Shown: one piece after another, positions 46,800-60,155 of the stretch
How positions within the stretch are numbered: the stretch's first letter is position 1
Layout: each line of letters opens with the position of its first letter
From: Escherichia phage vB_EcoM_FJ1
Length of the DNA stretch: 64,000 nt
Sequence record: MZ170040.1
Reading direction: 5' to 3' (one strand)
Notes under the pieces: model-generated
Seen by the model: the letters and a program-made list of their open reading frames with translations, nothing else
Told to the model about the DNA's origin: nothing
Databases searched by the model: none
Position numbers and translations under genes: made by a program

Positions 46800-47108
46800 T
46801 TATTTACCAATAAATTGAAGCAAATGCTCAACTTTCATACCATTAACAGAAATCAATTTGTCAATAGAAAAACCTCGCCAAGCGCCAAGTTCAACATCAA
46901 ATACTGGAATCATATCCGTAGATTCTTTCCGAGTAGATTCAGTCAATTTACCGGTTTGCATGGTTGGCATAAAGTCTGCATCACGAGTACCTTTCATAGT
47001 ACGAATAGTACCATCAGACTTTTCAAAAACTACGTTTGAAACACCCATGGACAATTTAGTTTTCAAAATTTCACGAATTGCTACTTTCTGCTCAGTTGTT
47101 AGTTTCAT
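46800..47108 (-). CDS. hypothetical protein (T4 31.1 position)
   Basis: 102 aa ATG ORF. Confidence 0.6.
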   Translation of the reverse strand: MKLTTEQKVAIREILKTKLSMGVSNVVFEKSDGTIRTMKGTRDADFMPTMQTGKLTESTRKESTDMIPVFDVELGAWRGFSIDKLISVNGMKVEHLLQFIGK

Positions 47109-47345
47109 TTATTTACCTATCACAGTTTTAATATGAGTTGTTCCACGTTCTTTAAGGGTGGAAAGTAATTTTTGGCATTTTTCTAAATCAGATTTCCAAC
47201 TATATGGTTTATCAATACAAACCCAATTTGTCTTATAATACTGTTTCCATTTAGAGAAAAAATATTTCTTATACTCTACAGCAAATGAGATGTTCTCGTT
47301 AGAATAAGAACTAATTGCTGTGAGCTTTACCAAACGAAATTTCAT
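47109..47345 (-). CDS. hypothetical protein (T4 31.2 position)
   Basis: 78 aa ATG ORF. Confidence 0.55.
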   Translation of the reverse strand: MKFRLVKLTAISSYSNENISFAVEYKKYFFSKWKQYYKTNWVCIDKPYSWKSDLEKCQKLLSTLKERGTTHIKTVIGK

Positions 47346-47926
47346 TATTCACCGCAGAATTCGTTGATATTTTCCCAGTTTAACTTATTCAAGTTTTTCT
47401 TAGGAACATTAAACACTTCAATACCTGCATTTCGCAGAATATCATCCCAACCAGGTTTATTTTTGTCGTATGTTTCACAATAAACCAGCTTTTTAATACC
47501 AGATTGAGCTATCGCTTTTGCGCAATCTGGGCAAGGAGAAAGTGTTACATACATAGTAGCACCTTCAATAGAAGAACCATTTCGTGCAGCAAACAAAATT
47601 GCATTTAGTTCAGCATGAATTTCATTTTTAGATGACCATTCCGAGTGAGCACTACGATGTTCTTTCGCCAAAACAAAACGATCAGTTGAACCAAATGATA
47701 CGCATTCAGGCTTATGACCTTGAATGATAGTATGTTTAGGCTTATTCAACAACCAACCTTGCTCAGCAGCATAATCACAACAGTTCACACCCCCTGCGGG
47801 TGAACCATTATACCCAGTAGAAATAATACGTCCATTCTTTTCAATTACTGCTCCTACCTTCCAGGAGCAACATTTTGATTCCTGCGATACTAAATATGCA
47901 ATTTGAAGTACTGTACTCGCTTTCAT
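47345..47926 (-). CDS. cd: dCMP deaminase
   Basis: 193 aa; zinc-binding HAELNA and PCxxC motifs; matches T4 Cd. Confidence 0.9.
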   Translation of the reverse strand: MKASTVLQIAYLVSQESKCCSWKVGAVIEKNGRIISTGYNGSPAGGVNCCDYAAEQGWLLNKPKHTIIQGHKPECVSFGSTDRFVLAKEHRSAHSEWSSKNEIHAELNAILFAARNGSSIEGATMYVTLSPCPDCAKAIAQSGIKKLVYCETYDKNKPGWDDILRNAGIEVFNVPKKNLNKLNWENINEFCGE

Positions 47927-48261
47927 TTCATAATCACCAGATAAGCAGATTTAGCAGTTTCAACACGATAAATTTCGTGACGAAGTTTAGTTATACTTTT
48001 AATAACAGAACTAATTATATTCTGCCCATCTTTAAAGCGGTTTTTCTTATCAATAAAAACTACACCAGTCATCTTTTTGTGAAGCTCAACTGGATACTTC
48101 GTCACAATAATAGCATCATACACAGAAGGATGAATACTATTCACCAGAGTATCATTCATTAAAGTTATTCTAATGAACTTTGCTGTTTCAGAGTCAAGCG
48201 CTCTATGATCACCAGTATCATTTTCAAGACAATTATCAATTATATCAGTTAAATTCATCAT
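47923..48261 (-). CDS. hypothetical protein (cd.1 position)
   Basis: 112 aa ATG ORF. Confidence 0.55.
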   Translation of the reverse strand: MMNLTDIIDNCLENDTGDHRALDSETAKFIRITLMNDTLVNSIHPSVYDAIIVTKYPVELHKKMTGVVFIDKKNRFKDGQNIISSVIKSITKLRHEIYRVETAKSAYLVIMK

Positions 48262-48494
48262 AGTACGCCATACACCCTTTGTGCTTCAACTAATCCATCA
48301 AAATCCAGTTTAAGATGCGATATTTGATCGCCATCACCTGGATTCACAATTACTAATACTGAACGAGGAGTTTCGGTAATAACACGAACCGATGTTTCAG
48401 GAAATCGTTCAGAAACCTTATTTACCAATTCCTGCGCAAATAGTTTAACTTTTTCTTGGAATTCTTTAACAGTAATTGGTTTTTCACTTAGCAT
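48258..48494 (-). CDS. hypothetical protein (cd.2 position)
   Basis: 78 aa ATG ORF. Confidence 0.55.
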   Translation of the reverse strand: MLSEKPITVKEFQEKVKLFAQELVNKVSERFPETSVRVITETPRSVLVIVNPGDGDQISHLKLDFDGLVEAQRVYGVL

Positions 48495-49015
48495 GTTGAT
48501 CCCAGCTCCTTACTTTCAACGTTTTTAACTAATTTGACAGAAACTAATTCAGCATCTTGAGTAATCATTACCGGGCCTTCTTCATACTCTTCAAGATATT
48601 CTAGAGCTTTCTTTTTAGCTTCTTCCTTCGTATCAGTTTGAGCATAGATATAAAACATACAACCAGTAATACCTACTACTTTCCACTTAATTTCTTTATC
48701 AGTTTTAATTTCAAATTTACTGACAGAATCATCTTTTTGAACTTCTTCGAAAAAAGAATATTCTAACATATAAGCAATTGAAAATAACGGGCTAACTTTA
48801 TAAGATTCGCCCATTACATCAACAGCTTTATACCAACAATCATCAATTTCGCGTTTAATGCTAATAACATTTTTCGCAGGATCTATTTTTACTTTAAATG
48901 AATTTTCCCCAATAAACTGGGCAATTCGTTTATTAGCCCCGCAAGTTTCATTAAAAATATCTTTATATCCAGCTTTAAAGCGATAAACCTTATCTTCTTC
49001 AAACCATTCGCTCAT
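48488..49015 (-). CDS. hypothetical protein (cd.3 position)
   Basis: 175 aa ATG ORF with GAGG SD. Confidence 0.6.
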   Translation of the reverse strand: MSEWFEEDKVYRFKAGYKDIFNETCGANKRIAQFIGENSFKVKIDPAKNVISIKREIDDCWYKAVDVMGESYKVSPLFSIAYMLEYSFFEEVQKDDSVSKFEIKTDKEIKWKVVGITGCMFYIYAQTDTKEEAKKKALEYLEEYEEGPVMITQDAELVSVKLVKNVESKELGSTC

Positions 49016-49045
49016 TTCAATTTCCTCATTTGTTTTGGTAGAGCT

Positions 49046-49075
49046 ATAATATCACAACTCTACCGTAAAGTAAAC
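49046..49075 (-). promoter_or_regulatory. sigma70-type early promoter upstream of cd.3-position ORF
   Basis: Minus strand GTTTAC - 18 nt - TATTAT. Confidence 0.45.
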
Positions 49076-49077
49076 TA

Positions 49078-49353
49078 TTAAATTGCTTTGAATTCTGATG
49101 TCTGTGATTCAAAGCGAATATCGCCTTTGATGACTAGCTCAGCATCAAGACCGAATACAACAATGATATGCGCGGAACCTGGATACAACGTGATGGCAAC
49201 AGAATCCACCTGGTCTGGAAGCAAAGTATTCAATACATGAGTCACTTGAGCGTGGATTCGAAGTTCAGCTGCATTATCAAGCTTTTCAAACATGTTATTA
49301 GCGATAATTTGGCTAAACACTACTTCTACGATTTTAGAGTAAGTCGGAAACAT
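49078..49353 (-). CDS. hypothetical protein (cd.4 position)
   Basis: Track start is TTG; ATG at 49353 gives 91 aa. Confidence 0.5.
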   Translation of the reverse strand: MFPTYSKIVEVVFSQIIANNMFEKLDNAAELRIHAQVTHVLNTLLPDQVDSVAITLYPGSAHIIVVFGLDAELVIKGDIRFESQTSEFKAI

Positions 49354-49355
49354 AT

Positions 49356-49556
49356 TTACCTCACATAATTTTCTTCGAGCCAATCAATAACATCCAAAGC
49401 GTTATCAAAAGTTGAACCATCTACTTTGTCTTCTGTTTCATAATCAAGAACATCTAGGCCTACTCTTCCGTCAACAATAGGCCATAAACAAAATAGATAT
49501 TTCTTTTCTTTTTCAATTTTATCACAAAGACGATAAATCTTTTCTATATTATTCAT
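49356..49556 (-). CDS. hypothetical protein (cd.5 position)
   Basis: 66 aa ATG ORF. Confidence 0.5.
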   Translation of the reverse strand: MNNIEKIYRLCDKIEKEKKYLFCLWPIVDGRVGLDVLDYETEDKVDGSTFDNALDVIDWLEENYVR

Positions 49557-49745
49557 AAGTTTTCCATGGTAAAGGCAGTTTAGTTTTCTTTACTGTTAGT
49601 TCAATATCAGGATTCTTTTCTCTTAATTTAAGGCATTCCTCCCAAGCTCTGATTTCACTAGTGAATACACAAAATTGCCCATTACTAGTACCAACTAAAC
49701 CACTATTTACAATAACAATAGACCAAGTTTCATGATGCCACGCCA

Positions 49746-49746
<1 letters not shown>
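49549..49746 (-). CDS. hypothetical protein
   Basis: 65 aa ATG ORF immediately downstream of pseT. Confidence 0.5.
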
Positions 49747-50971
<1,225 letters not shown>

Positions 50972-50974
50972 TTA

Positions 50975-51205
50975 TTATTTCTCAACCAATGATTGAATAT
51001 AATCATGCAGGTCTTTAGATGCTTTACCCCACTTATTTTGGTATTCATTTTTAAGATTAGCCCGAGATTGAGCTAATAAAACATCATTAGTTGGAGGTAA
51101 AGATTCTAACCGTTGAATCTGGCGTCCATAAATCATTGCAGCCATCTCGGATTCATAAATCAATCCTTTGAGATGTTCAAATTGATGCCATGAAATCATT
51201 TGCAT
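50975..51205 (-). CDS. hypothetical protein
   Basis: 76 aa ATG ORF. Confidence 0.5.
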   Translation of the reverse strand: MQMISWHQFEHLKGLIYESEMAAMIYGRQIQRLESLPPTNDVLLAQSRANLKNEYQNKWGKASKDLHDYIQSLVEK

Positions 51206-51495
51206 TTATCCTCTTTTAGCTCTTGACGATAATAACATATCATAGTTTTTTGGTCATGTACATATCGTTTTACATCATTAAGCCAAATACGAAATTCCTG
51301 GGAATCTTCAAATGGCATACCGACCCAAGCTTTACCATCAATAACTTTAACTTGCCAAGATAGTTTAGCTTCATCATATGACTTTATTTGTACAGGCCAA
51401 TTAGGATGAACTGTTTCTTTCTTTACTTCTAGAGGCTTTGTCGAACAACCAACTAGAAGACCAATAGATAATATTACTGCTGATAGTTTAATCAT
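51196..51495 (-). CDS. o-spanin, outer-membrane lipoprotein (T4 pseT.2 equivalent)
   Basis: 99 aa; signal peptide plus lipobox LVGC; follows the i-spanin gene. Confidence 0.75.
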   Translation of the reverse strand: MIKLSAVILSIGLLVGCSTKPLEVKKETVHPNWPVQIKSYDEAKLSWQVKVIDGKAWVGMPFEDSQEFRIWLNDVKRYVHDQKTMICYYRQELKEDKCK

Positions 51496-51845
51496 TTAGA
51501 AAGGTCCTGGATGTCTTCTGCGAACTTGTTGAAGGAGTTGTTGATTTGTTTTTCAACCAATCCTGGCTTATGAGCCACCACATCCGCCTTCTTTGCGTCT
51601 TTGCGCAGTTTTTCATTTTCACGCTCAATAGCAGCAATTGCCTCACGATTTTTATTATTCATCGCATCAATATAATTATACTGAATTCGCAAATTATTTA
51701 ATGCTAAGGCGTTTTCATTGGCCGTTTTTGTAATTTCTACAACAGACGTTTCTAATCTTTCAATTTTATTTTTTAAAATTAAAGAAGTTCCGCCCAATGC
51801 AATTACAATTAATAGCAAGCCTGCTGTCGTATTACTTAATTGCAT
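51492..51845 (-). CDS. i-spanin, inner-membrane protein (T4 pseT.3 equivalent)
   Basis: 117 aa; N-terminal transmembrane helix then coiled-coil-like periplasmic part. Confidence 0.75.
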   Translation of the reverse strand: MQLSNTTAGLLLIVIALGGTSLILKNKIERLETSVVEITKTANENALALNNLRIQYNYIDAMNNKNREAIAAIERENEKLRKDAKKADVVAHKPGLVEKQINNSFNKFAEDIQDLSK

Positions 51846-52342
51846 AAAGTTTTAATAACCTCTATAATATCGTCTTGAGAAAGACCGTTAATTAAAATAT
51901 GATGTTCAGCCGGAGATTTAGAAATTTTAAAGCATGCCTCAACATCTTCTGCCATATCCGATGCGCTACGATTTGGATTACTAATCCCAAGGCGGTGTTT
52001 TCCCGTCAAAGGATTAACGATGATATAGCATTTACAACTATTGATATGAACATTAGGCTGAGTCTGATTAATGAACACTTCACAATCATACTTAGCGAGT
52101 TGATTTTCTAAAAAGACTTTCATCTCTTCAACCGCATCAGGAAGCATATCACGGGCTTGCTCAAGACGACGATTTCGATATTCTTTAATGGTCGTTTTCC
52201 GCTTGACTTGCTTAGCTAAATCTTTCTTAAGATCAGTGATATATCCAACTCGACGATTTCCTTTGAATACCGAAATCCCATCTGTAGTATCACCGTATGC
52301 TTCAACGACCATTTCAGTAGTAATAAGTTGTAAATCCATCAT
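51836..52342 (-). CDS. alc: Alc, inhibitor of host transcription elongation
   Basis: 168 aa, length and position between rnlA and the spanins match T4 Alc. Confidence 0.8.
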   Translation of the reverse strand: MMDLQLITTEMVVEAYGDTTDGISVFKGNRRVGYITDLKKDLAKQVKRKTTIKEYRNRRLEQARDMLPDAVEEMKVFLENQLAKYDCEVFINQTQPNVHINSCKCYIIVNPLTGKHRLGISNPNRSASDMAEDVEACFKISKSPAEHHILINGLSQDDIIEVIKTLCN

Positions 52343-52346
52343 AAAG

Positions 52347-52400
52347 TCCTCATGTTATGTCAGTAAGACTACTATAACACAACACGAGGGACTTGTAAAC
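52347..52400 (-). repeat. 54-bp early-promoter cassette copy B (PeSL-like), identical to 38073-38126
   Basis: Exact repeat; occupies the entire rnlA-alc intergenic space and supplies -35, -10 and SD for alc. Confidence 0.8.
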
Positions 52401-52403
52401 AGC

Positions 52404-53991
<1,588 letters not shown>

Positions 53992-53999
53992 AATAAAAT

Positions 54000-54013
54000 G
54001 GGCCTTGCGGCCC
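54000..54013 (-). promoter_or_regulatory. GCAA-tetraloop hairpin between nrdB and denA
   Basis: Minus strand GGGCC-GCAA-GGCCC followed by ATTTTATT and then the denA ATG. Confidence 0.45.
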
Positions 54014-54018
54014 ACTCC

Positions 54019-55197
54019 TTAAAAATATTTTTTAAAACTCATCATAACTTTATCATCAACGTCATTATCAATCTGTGCAACAAGGTAAGATGACAGTTCT
54101 ACTTCTTGTGGCGCGGATTGAACATTATCAGAATTAAGATATTCACGAATCCAAGGATATGGATGTTTAACCGGAGCATCGGTAATTGGGCATGGAAGAC
54201 CACACTGTTTCATACGAGATACAGTTAAGTAATCAATAAAGCTCCACATGCTATTTGTATTTAATCCAGGAACATCGCCATCTTTAAATAAATGAACTGC
54301 CCAATCTTTTTCTTGGCGGTTAACTTCCATGAAAATATCAACTGCTTCTTGTTCACACTCTTGAGCAATTTTAACCCATTCATCACCATCAGTACCGGAT
54401 TGAAGCTGACGAATAATATATTGAGTGCCTTTAAGGTGAAGCTGCTCATCACGTGCAATGAACTTCATAATCTTGGCATTACCTTCCATGATTTCCATGT
54501 TCTTATGGAAGTTAAAGGTACATGCGAAAGATACATAAAAACGAATAGCTTCTAAGGCATTAATAACGTGCAAACAGAGGTAAAGAGATTTCATTAAAGC
54601 ACGTTTAGCTTCGGCTTCTTGTTTAATAGCTCGGTTTAAACGAAAGACAGCATCAGGAGATTCTTTAGCTAGTTCTACAAATTCTTTAGCATTTTCCCAT
54701 TCACGGGTTTTAATCAGAACATCATCATAATAACGCCCAATGGATTCAGCACGTTTCATAATAGCTTCATCTAATACAATCTCATCAAATACCTTCGATG
54801 GATCAGTATAAAGATTTCGCATGATATGTGTATATGAACGGCTGTGAATAGTTTCACTAAAAGTCCACGTAGCAACCCATGTATCAAGGCTTGGGTCTGA
54901 AATTAATGACATAAGTACAGCAGACGGCGCACGACCCTGAATGCTATCCAAAAGTGATTGATACTTCAAGTTGTTAGTAAAAATATTCTGCTGATACTGA
55001 GGAAGCTTATTAAACTGTGCAGCATCCATCATTAAGTTTACTTCTTCGGGACGCCAGAAAAATGATAAGGACTTCTCTGTAAGTTCTTCAAATACTCGAT
55101 GCCGTTGAATATCATAACGCGCAATACCAAGACCTGAACCAAAAAACATAGGTTCTTTTAAAACATCAACTGGATTTGTATTAAAAACTGTGCTCAT
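54019..55197 (-). CDS. nrdB: ribonucleotide reductase small subunit, uninterrupted (no intron)
   Basis: 392 aa continuous ORF. Confidence 0.9.
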   Translation of the reverse strand: MSTVFNTNPVDVLKEPMFFGSGLGIARYDIQRHRVFEELTEKSLSFFWRPEEVNLMMDAAQFNKLPQYQQNIFTNNLKYQSLLDSIQGRAPSAVLMSLISDPSLDTWVATWTFSETIHSRSYTHIMRNLYTDPSKVFDEIVLDEAIMKRAESIGRYYDDVLIKTREWENAKEFVELAKESPDAVFRLNRAIKQEAEAKRALMKSLYLCLHVINALEAIRFYVSFACTFNFHKNMEIMEGNAKIMKFIARDEQLHLKGTQYIIRQLQSGTDGDEWVKIAQECEQEAVDIFMEVNRQEKDWAVHLFKDGDVPGLNTNSMWSFIDYLTVSRMKQCGLPCPITDAPVKHPYPWIREYLNSDNVQSAPQEVELSSYLVAQIDNDVDDKVMMSFKKYF

Positions 55198-55248
55198 AAA
55201 TTTTCCGCTTAGTTAATAGTTGGTGACTCGTCCATGAGTCAAATTATA

Positions 55249-57513
55249 TCATAATTTACAGGATGAACAATCTTCAGCTTTTGGAGTTTCTATTTCATAA
55301 TCATCAGTACCAGAACCATCGCGGGTATTATGATAATAGAAGTTTTTAATGCCATAATACCATCCGTATAGCATGTCATCAATCATTATTGACATTGGAA
55401 CCTTTCCTTTTGGAAAAATCTGCGGGTCATAATATGTATTCGCCGAAGCTGATTGACATACCCATTTCAGCATAATAGCTACCTGCGTAAGATAAGGTTT
55501 ATTACCTTTCTTAGCTAATTTCCATGTATAGTCGTAAAGGTCTATGTTATGCTCAATATTGGGCACGACTTGATTAAAGGAGCCCTCTTTTGATTCTTTA
55601 ACAGAGACTGGTCCACGTGGAGGCTCGATACCGTTTGTACTGTTAGAAACTTGGGAAGATGACTCACATGGCATAAGTGCTGATAATGTGCTATTACGGA
55701 TGCCAAAGAGCTTAAGGTCTTCCCGCAGCGCCGACCAGTCACAAACGTATTTTGGAGCTGCGATTTGGTCAATCTTTTTATTGTACCAGTCGATAGGTAA
55801 TTCGCCTCGAGACCAACGAGTGTCTGAATAATATTCGCAAGGTCCTTTTTCTTTGGCGAGCTTAATGGATGCTTTAATGAGTCCATACTGTAATCTCTCA
55901 AATAGTTCATGTGTTAAATCGTTAGCATCTTCATAAGAAGCAAAGTTACTTGCCAGCCAAGCTGCATAGTTAGTAACACCTACACCAAGGTTACGACGCT
56001 TTTTAGCTTTTTCTGCTTCAGGAACTGGATATCCTTGGTAATCCAACAGATTATCAAGAGCGCGAACTTGAACTTCTGCTAATTCATTAATTTTATCTTG
56101 GTCTTGCCAATCGAAGTTATCCAGCACAAATGCAGATAACGTGCACAATCCAATTTCAGCATCAGGGCTATTCACATCATTTGTTGGAATAGCAATTTCA
56201 CAGCACAAGTTACTCTGACGAATAGGTGCCTTTTCACGAATAAACGGAGTATAGTTATTCGTATTATCAATGAACTGCACATAAATCCTTGCTGTTCCTG
56301 AACGTTCAGTCATGAGCAATTCAAATAGTTCACGGGCTTTAATACGCTTTTTACGAATATTAGGGTCTTTTTCTGCTGCTTCGTATAATTCACGGAAACG
56401 GTCTTGATCTTTAAAATAAGAATAATAAAGCTCGCCACCCATTTCATGTGGACTGAACAAAGTAATGTAATCGTTCTTTCCGAATCGTTCCATCATTAGA
56501 TCATTCAGCTGAACACCATAATCCATGTGACGAATGCGGTTTTCTTCTACGCCTTTGTTATTTTTCAAAACGAGAAGATTTTCAACTTCCAAATGCCAAA
56601 TAGGATAATAAGCAGTAGCAGCGCCGCCACGAATTCCACCCTGTGAGCATGATTTAACAGCAGTCTGAAAATGTTTCCAAAAAGGAATAACACCAGTATG
56701 GCGTACTTCACCCATGCCAATCTTAGAACCTTCAGCACGAATCATACCAACGTTAATACCAATTCCAGCGCGTTTAGAGATATATTCAACAATTGAAGCG
56801 GAAGCCTTATTGATAGACTTTAATGAATCACCTGCCTCAATAACAACACATGAACTGAACTGTCGAGTCGGAGTACGACAACCAGCCATAATAGGAGTTG
56901 GCAATGAAATCTGTCGGGTTGATACTGCTTCATAAAAACGGATAACATGTTTTAATCTATCAACAGGTTCATCTTGATGCAATGCCATTCCAATAGCCAT
57001 AAATGCAAACTGTGGAGTTTCATAAATTTGACCAGTGGTTTTATCTTTAACTAGATATTTTTCTTTTAATTGCATCGCCCCGGAATAAGTAAATTCCATA
57101 TCCCGTTCGTGCTTAATTTTTGATTCTAAAAATGTAATTTCTTCTGCTGAATATTTTGACAATAATTCAGGGTCATATTTACCTTCATTTACACAATAAG
57201 AAATATGGTCAATAAATGAACGTGGTTCATACTGCCCATAAACATGCTTACGAAGAGCAAACATTAAACAGCGTGCAGCTACATATTGATAATCAGGTTC
57301 TTCAACCGAAATAGAATTCGCAGCGGCCTTAATGACAATAGTCTGAATATCATCAGTTGTCATTCCATCACGGAGATAAGATTTAATATTTTCATATAAT
57401 TCATAAGGATCTACTGATGTTCCTTCAGCTGCCCAAGATAAAACTTTAATAATTTTTTGCGGGTCAAAGCTCTGAGAAACACCACTACTTTTGATAACAT
57501 TAATTAATTGCAT
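55249..57513 (-). CDS. nrdA: ribonucleotide reductase large subunit
   Basis: 754 aa; matches T4 NrdA length. Confidence 0.95.
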   Translation of the reverse strand: MQLINVIKSSGVSQSFDPQKIIKVLSWAAEGTSVDPYELYENIKSYLRDGMTTDDIQTIVIKAAANSISVEEPDYQYVAARCLMFALRKHVYGQYEPRSFIDHISYCVNEGKYDPELLSKYSAEEITFLESKIKHERDMEFTYSGAMQLKEKYLVKDKTTGQIYETPQFAFMAIGMALHQDEPVDRLKHVIRFYEAVSTRQISLPTPIMAGCRTPTRQFSSCVVIEAGDSLKSINKASASIVEYISKRAGIGINVGMIRAEGSKIGMGEVRHTGVIPFWKHFQTAVKSCSQGGIRGGAATAYYPIWHLEVENLLVLKNNKGVEENRIRHMDYGVQLNDLMMERFGKNDYITLFSPHEMGGELYYSYFKDQDRFRELYEAAEKDPNIRKKRIKARELFELLMTERSGTARIYVQFIDNTNNYTPFIREKAPIRQSNLCCEIAIPTNDVNSPDAEIGLCTLSAFVLDNFDWQDQDKINELAEVQVRALDNLLDYQGYPVPEAEKAKKRRNLGVGVTNYAAWLASNFASYEDANDLTHELFERLQYGLIKASIKLAKEKGPCEYYSDTRWSRGELPIDWYNKKIDQIAAPKYVCDWSALREDLKLFGIRNSTLSALMPCESSSQVSNSTNGIEPPRGPVSVKESKEGSFNQVVPNIEHNIDLYDYTWKLAKKGNKPYLTQVAIMLKWVCQSASANTYYDPQIFPKGKVPMSIMIDDMLYGWYYGIKNFYYHNTRDGSGTDDYEIETPKAEDCSSCKL

Positions 57514-57830
57514 AAGTCCTCAACTTGAAAATCGTCTTTAAACAATCGGTTAACTATATGAGCTATTATATCACCATGACACGGCTTTGGTTTACATGTG
57601 CATCCTAGCCTCATTCCACGTAAAGGCTCTAAATGTGCTTTAGTTATTTCTCCGGATTTAATTCGACGTATAAAATCTTTTTTGAATAATTCAATGGCAG
57701 CCTCCCGGCTGCCAGCATCTTTACCGACGTAATTTCCCCAAAATGTACCGCGGTGAATATTAACATCAAAGTCGGATTTGTATTTATTCACTACCCGGCA
57801 TAGACGGCCCACGCTGGAATAATTCGTCAT
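57504..57830 (-). CDS. hypothetical protein with C-x-C...C-H cluster (nrdA.1 position)
   Basis: 108 aa ATG ORF. Confidence 0.55.
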
Positions 57831-58047
57831 ATTGTTTTTCCGTTAATACAGTAATATCATAGTAACAATCGGAAGAAGTTTTAACTGTGGAAATTTTATT
57901 ATCAAAATACTCACGAGTCATTTTATGAGTATAGTATTTTTTACCATAAATGGTAATAGGCTGTTCTGGTCCTGGAACTTCTAACTCGCTTGGGTTAGGA
58001 AGTGTAAAAAGAACAACGCCAGAAGTATCTTTAAATCGTAAAATCAT
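57784..58047 (-). CDS. hypothetical protein (nrdA.2 position)
   Basis: 87 aa ATG ORF. Confidence 0.5.
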
Positions 58048-58904
58048 ATTGCCATTTTCCCTTTAATTGCTGGATGCGATTCATAATTTTCAAGGATAAA
58101 ATCTTTCGGTTTCATGTATTCAGTTAACCAGTAAAGCTGTGTTTCGGTGTCACAATTTCCAAACTCTATAGGCCAATCAATTTTAAGTTCACACAGTTCT
58201 TTAGGCTCACGACGTAAAATTTCTTTACATTGCTCAGTATGATTCATATAGATGTGAGTATTACCACCAGAAAATATCAAATCTCCTGGGATAAGATTAC
58301 ACATCTTAGCCACAATATGCGTCAAGGCAGCGTACGAGGCAATGTTGAATGGCAAGCCCAAGAAAACATCTACACTTCTTTGGTACCATTGTAAATCAAG
58401 ATAACCATTACGCACATTAAACTGATAGAACATATGACAGGGCGGTAATGCCATTTGATTGATTTCAGCTGGATTCCATGCTGAAACGATTTGACGTCGA
58501 TCAGTTGGTAATTTTTTAATACGATCAATAGTTTCAACTAATTGATCCACACCACCGAAATCACGCCATTGTTTACCGTATATAGGACCAAGTTCACCAC
58601 TATGATATCCTAGGTCTTTAGCCTGGTTTTCATAGTTATCGTCCCAAATAGTTTTACCTTGAATAAGACTGCCATGAGTGCGAAGACGTAAATCATTAAC
58701 ATTGGTAGAACCGGAAATAAACCATAGAAGCTCAGCAATGCATGCATTCCAGGCGAGCTTCTTAGTTGTTACTGCAGGAAAACCTTTGGTTAAATCCCAA
58801 CGCAATTTAGTACCGAACAAAGCAATTGTTCCTGTGCCCGTTCGGTCATCGGTTTCATAGCCATTTTCAAAAATGTCTTTAATTAAATCTTGGTATTGTT
58901 TCAT
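58044..58904 (-). CDS. td: thymidylate synthase, uninterrupted (no intron)
   Basis: 286 aa continuous ORF; sequence recognised as T4 TS. Confidence 0.95.
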
Positions 58905-58949
58905 TTAGTACCTTATATAAATTATAATACATTTTATGAAGCTGAATAA

Positions 58950-59309
58950 TCAATACGGTTTAGCATCAAATTTTCTTTCAATTTCAGGCGTGAAATATAA
59001 TTCTTTACCACGTTTGGAAAAGCGACCAATAATATGATAATTATTCTTATCAAACGTAATATTACCAATATCCATAGCTTTCAACCAAATATCGATATTT
59101 CTATCCAGCTTTATGTCAAAATTCCAATACGGAGAACTATTACCGAAAATACTGCAAGCGGATTCAGTGAAACAGCTACTATAAATCTTGTCTTTAGGAA
59201 CTACTAATTGATAGACACCTTTAATAAACTGAGGACCTTGCCATTTTGGCTGTTTCGCGTCTTTTTCTAATAGAATAGGGTAATAATTAAAATTCATATT
59301 TTCCGCCAT
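58950..59309 (-). CDS. hypothetical 119-aa protein inserted between frd and td
   Basis: ATG ORF, 8 nt after frd stop and 45 nt before td start; no recognisable motif. Confidence 0.55.
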   Translation of the reverse strand: MAENMNFNYYPILLEKDAKQPKWQGPQFIKGVYQLVVPKDKIYSSCFTESACSIFGNSSPYWNFDIKLDRNIDIWLKAMDIGNITFDKNNYHIIGRFSKRGKELYFTPEIERKFDAKPY

Positions 59310-59317
59310 GCGTTATT

Positions 59318-60144
<827 letters not shown>

Positions 60145-60155
60145 ATTATCTCCTA

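Noticed and set aside
58044-58904. Group I intron or homing endonuclease within td, and likewise nrdB
   Set aside because: Both genes are continuous full-length ORFs with no interrupting sequence
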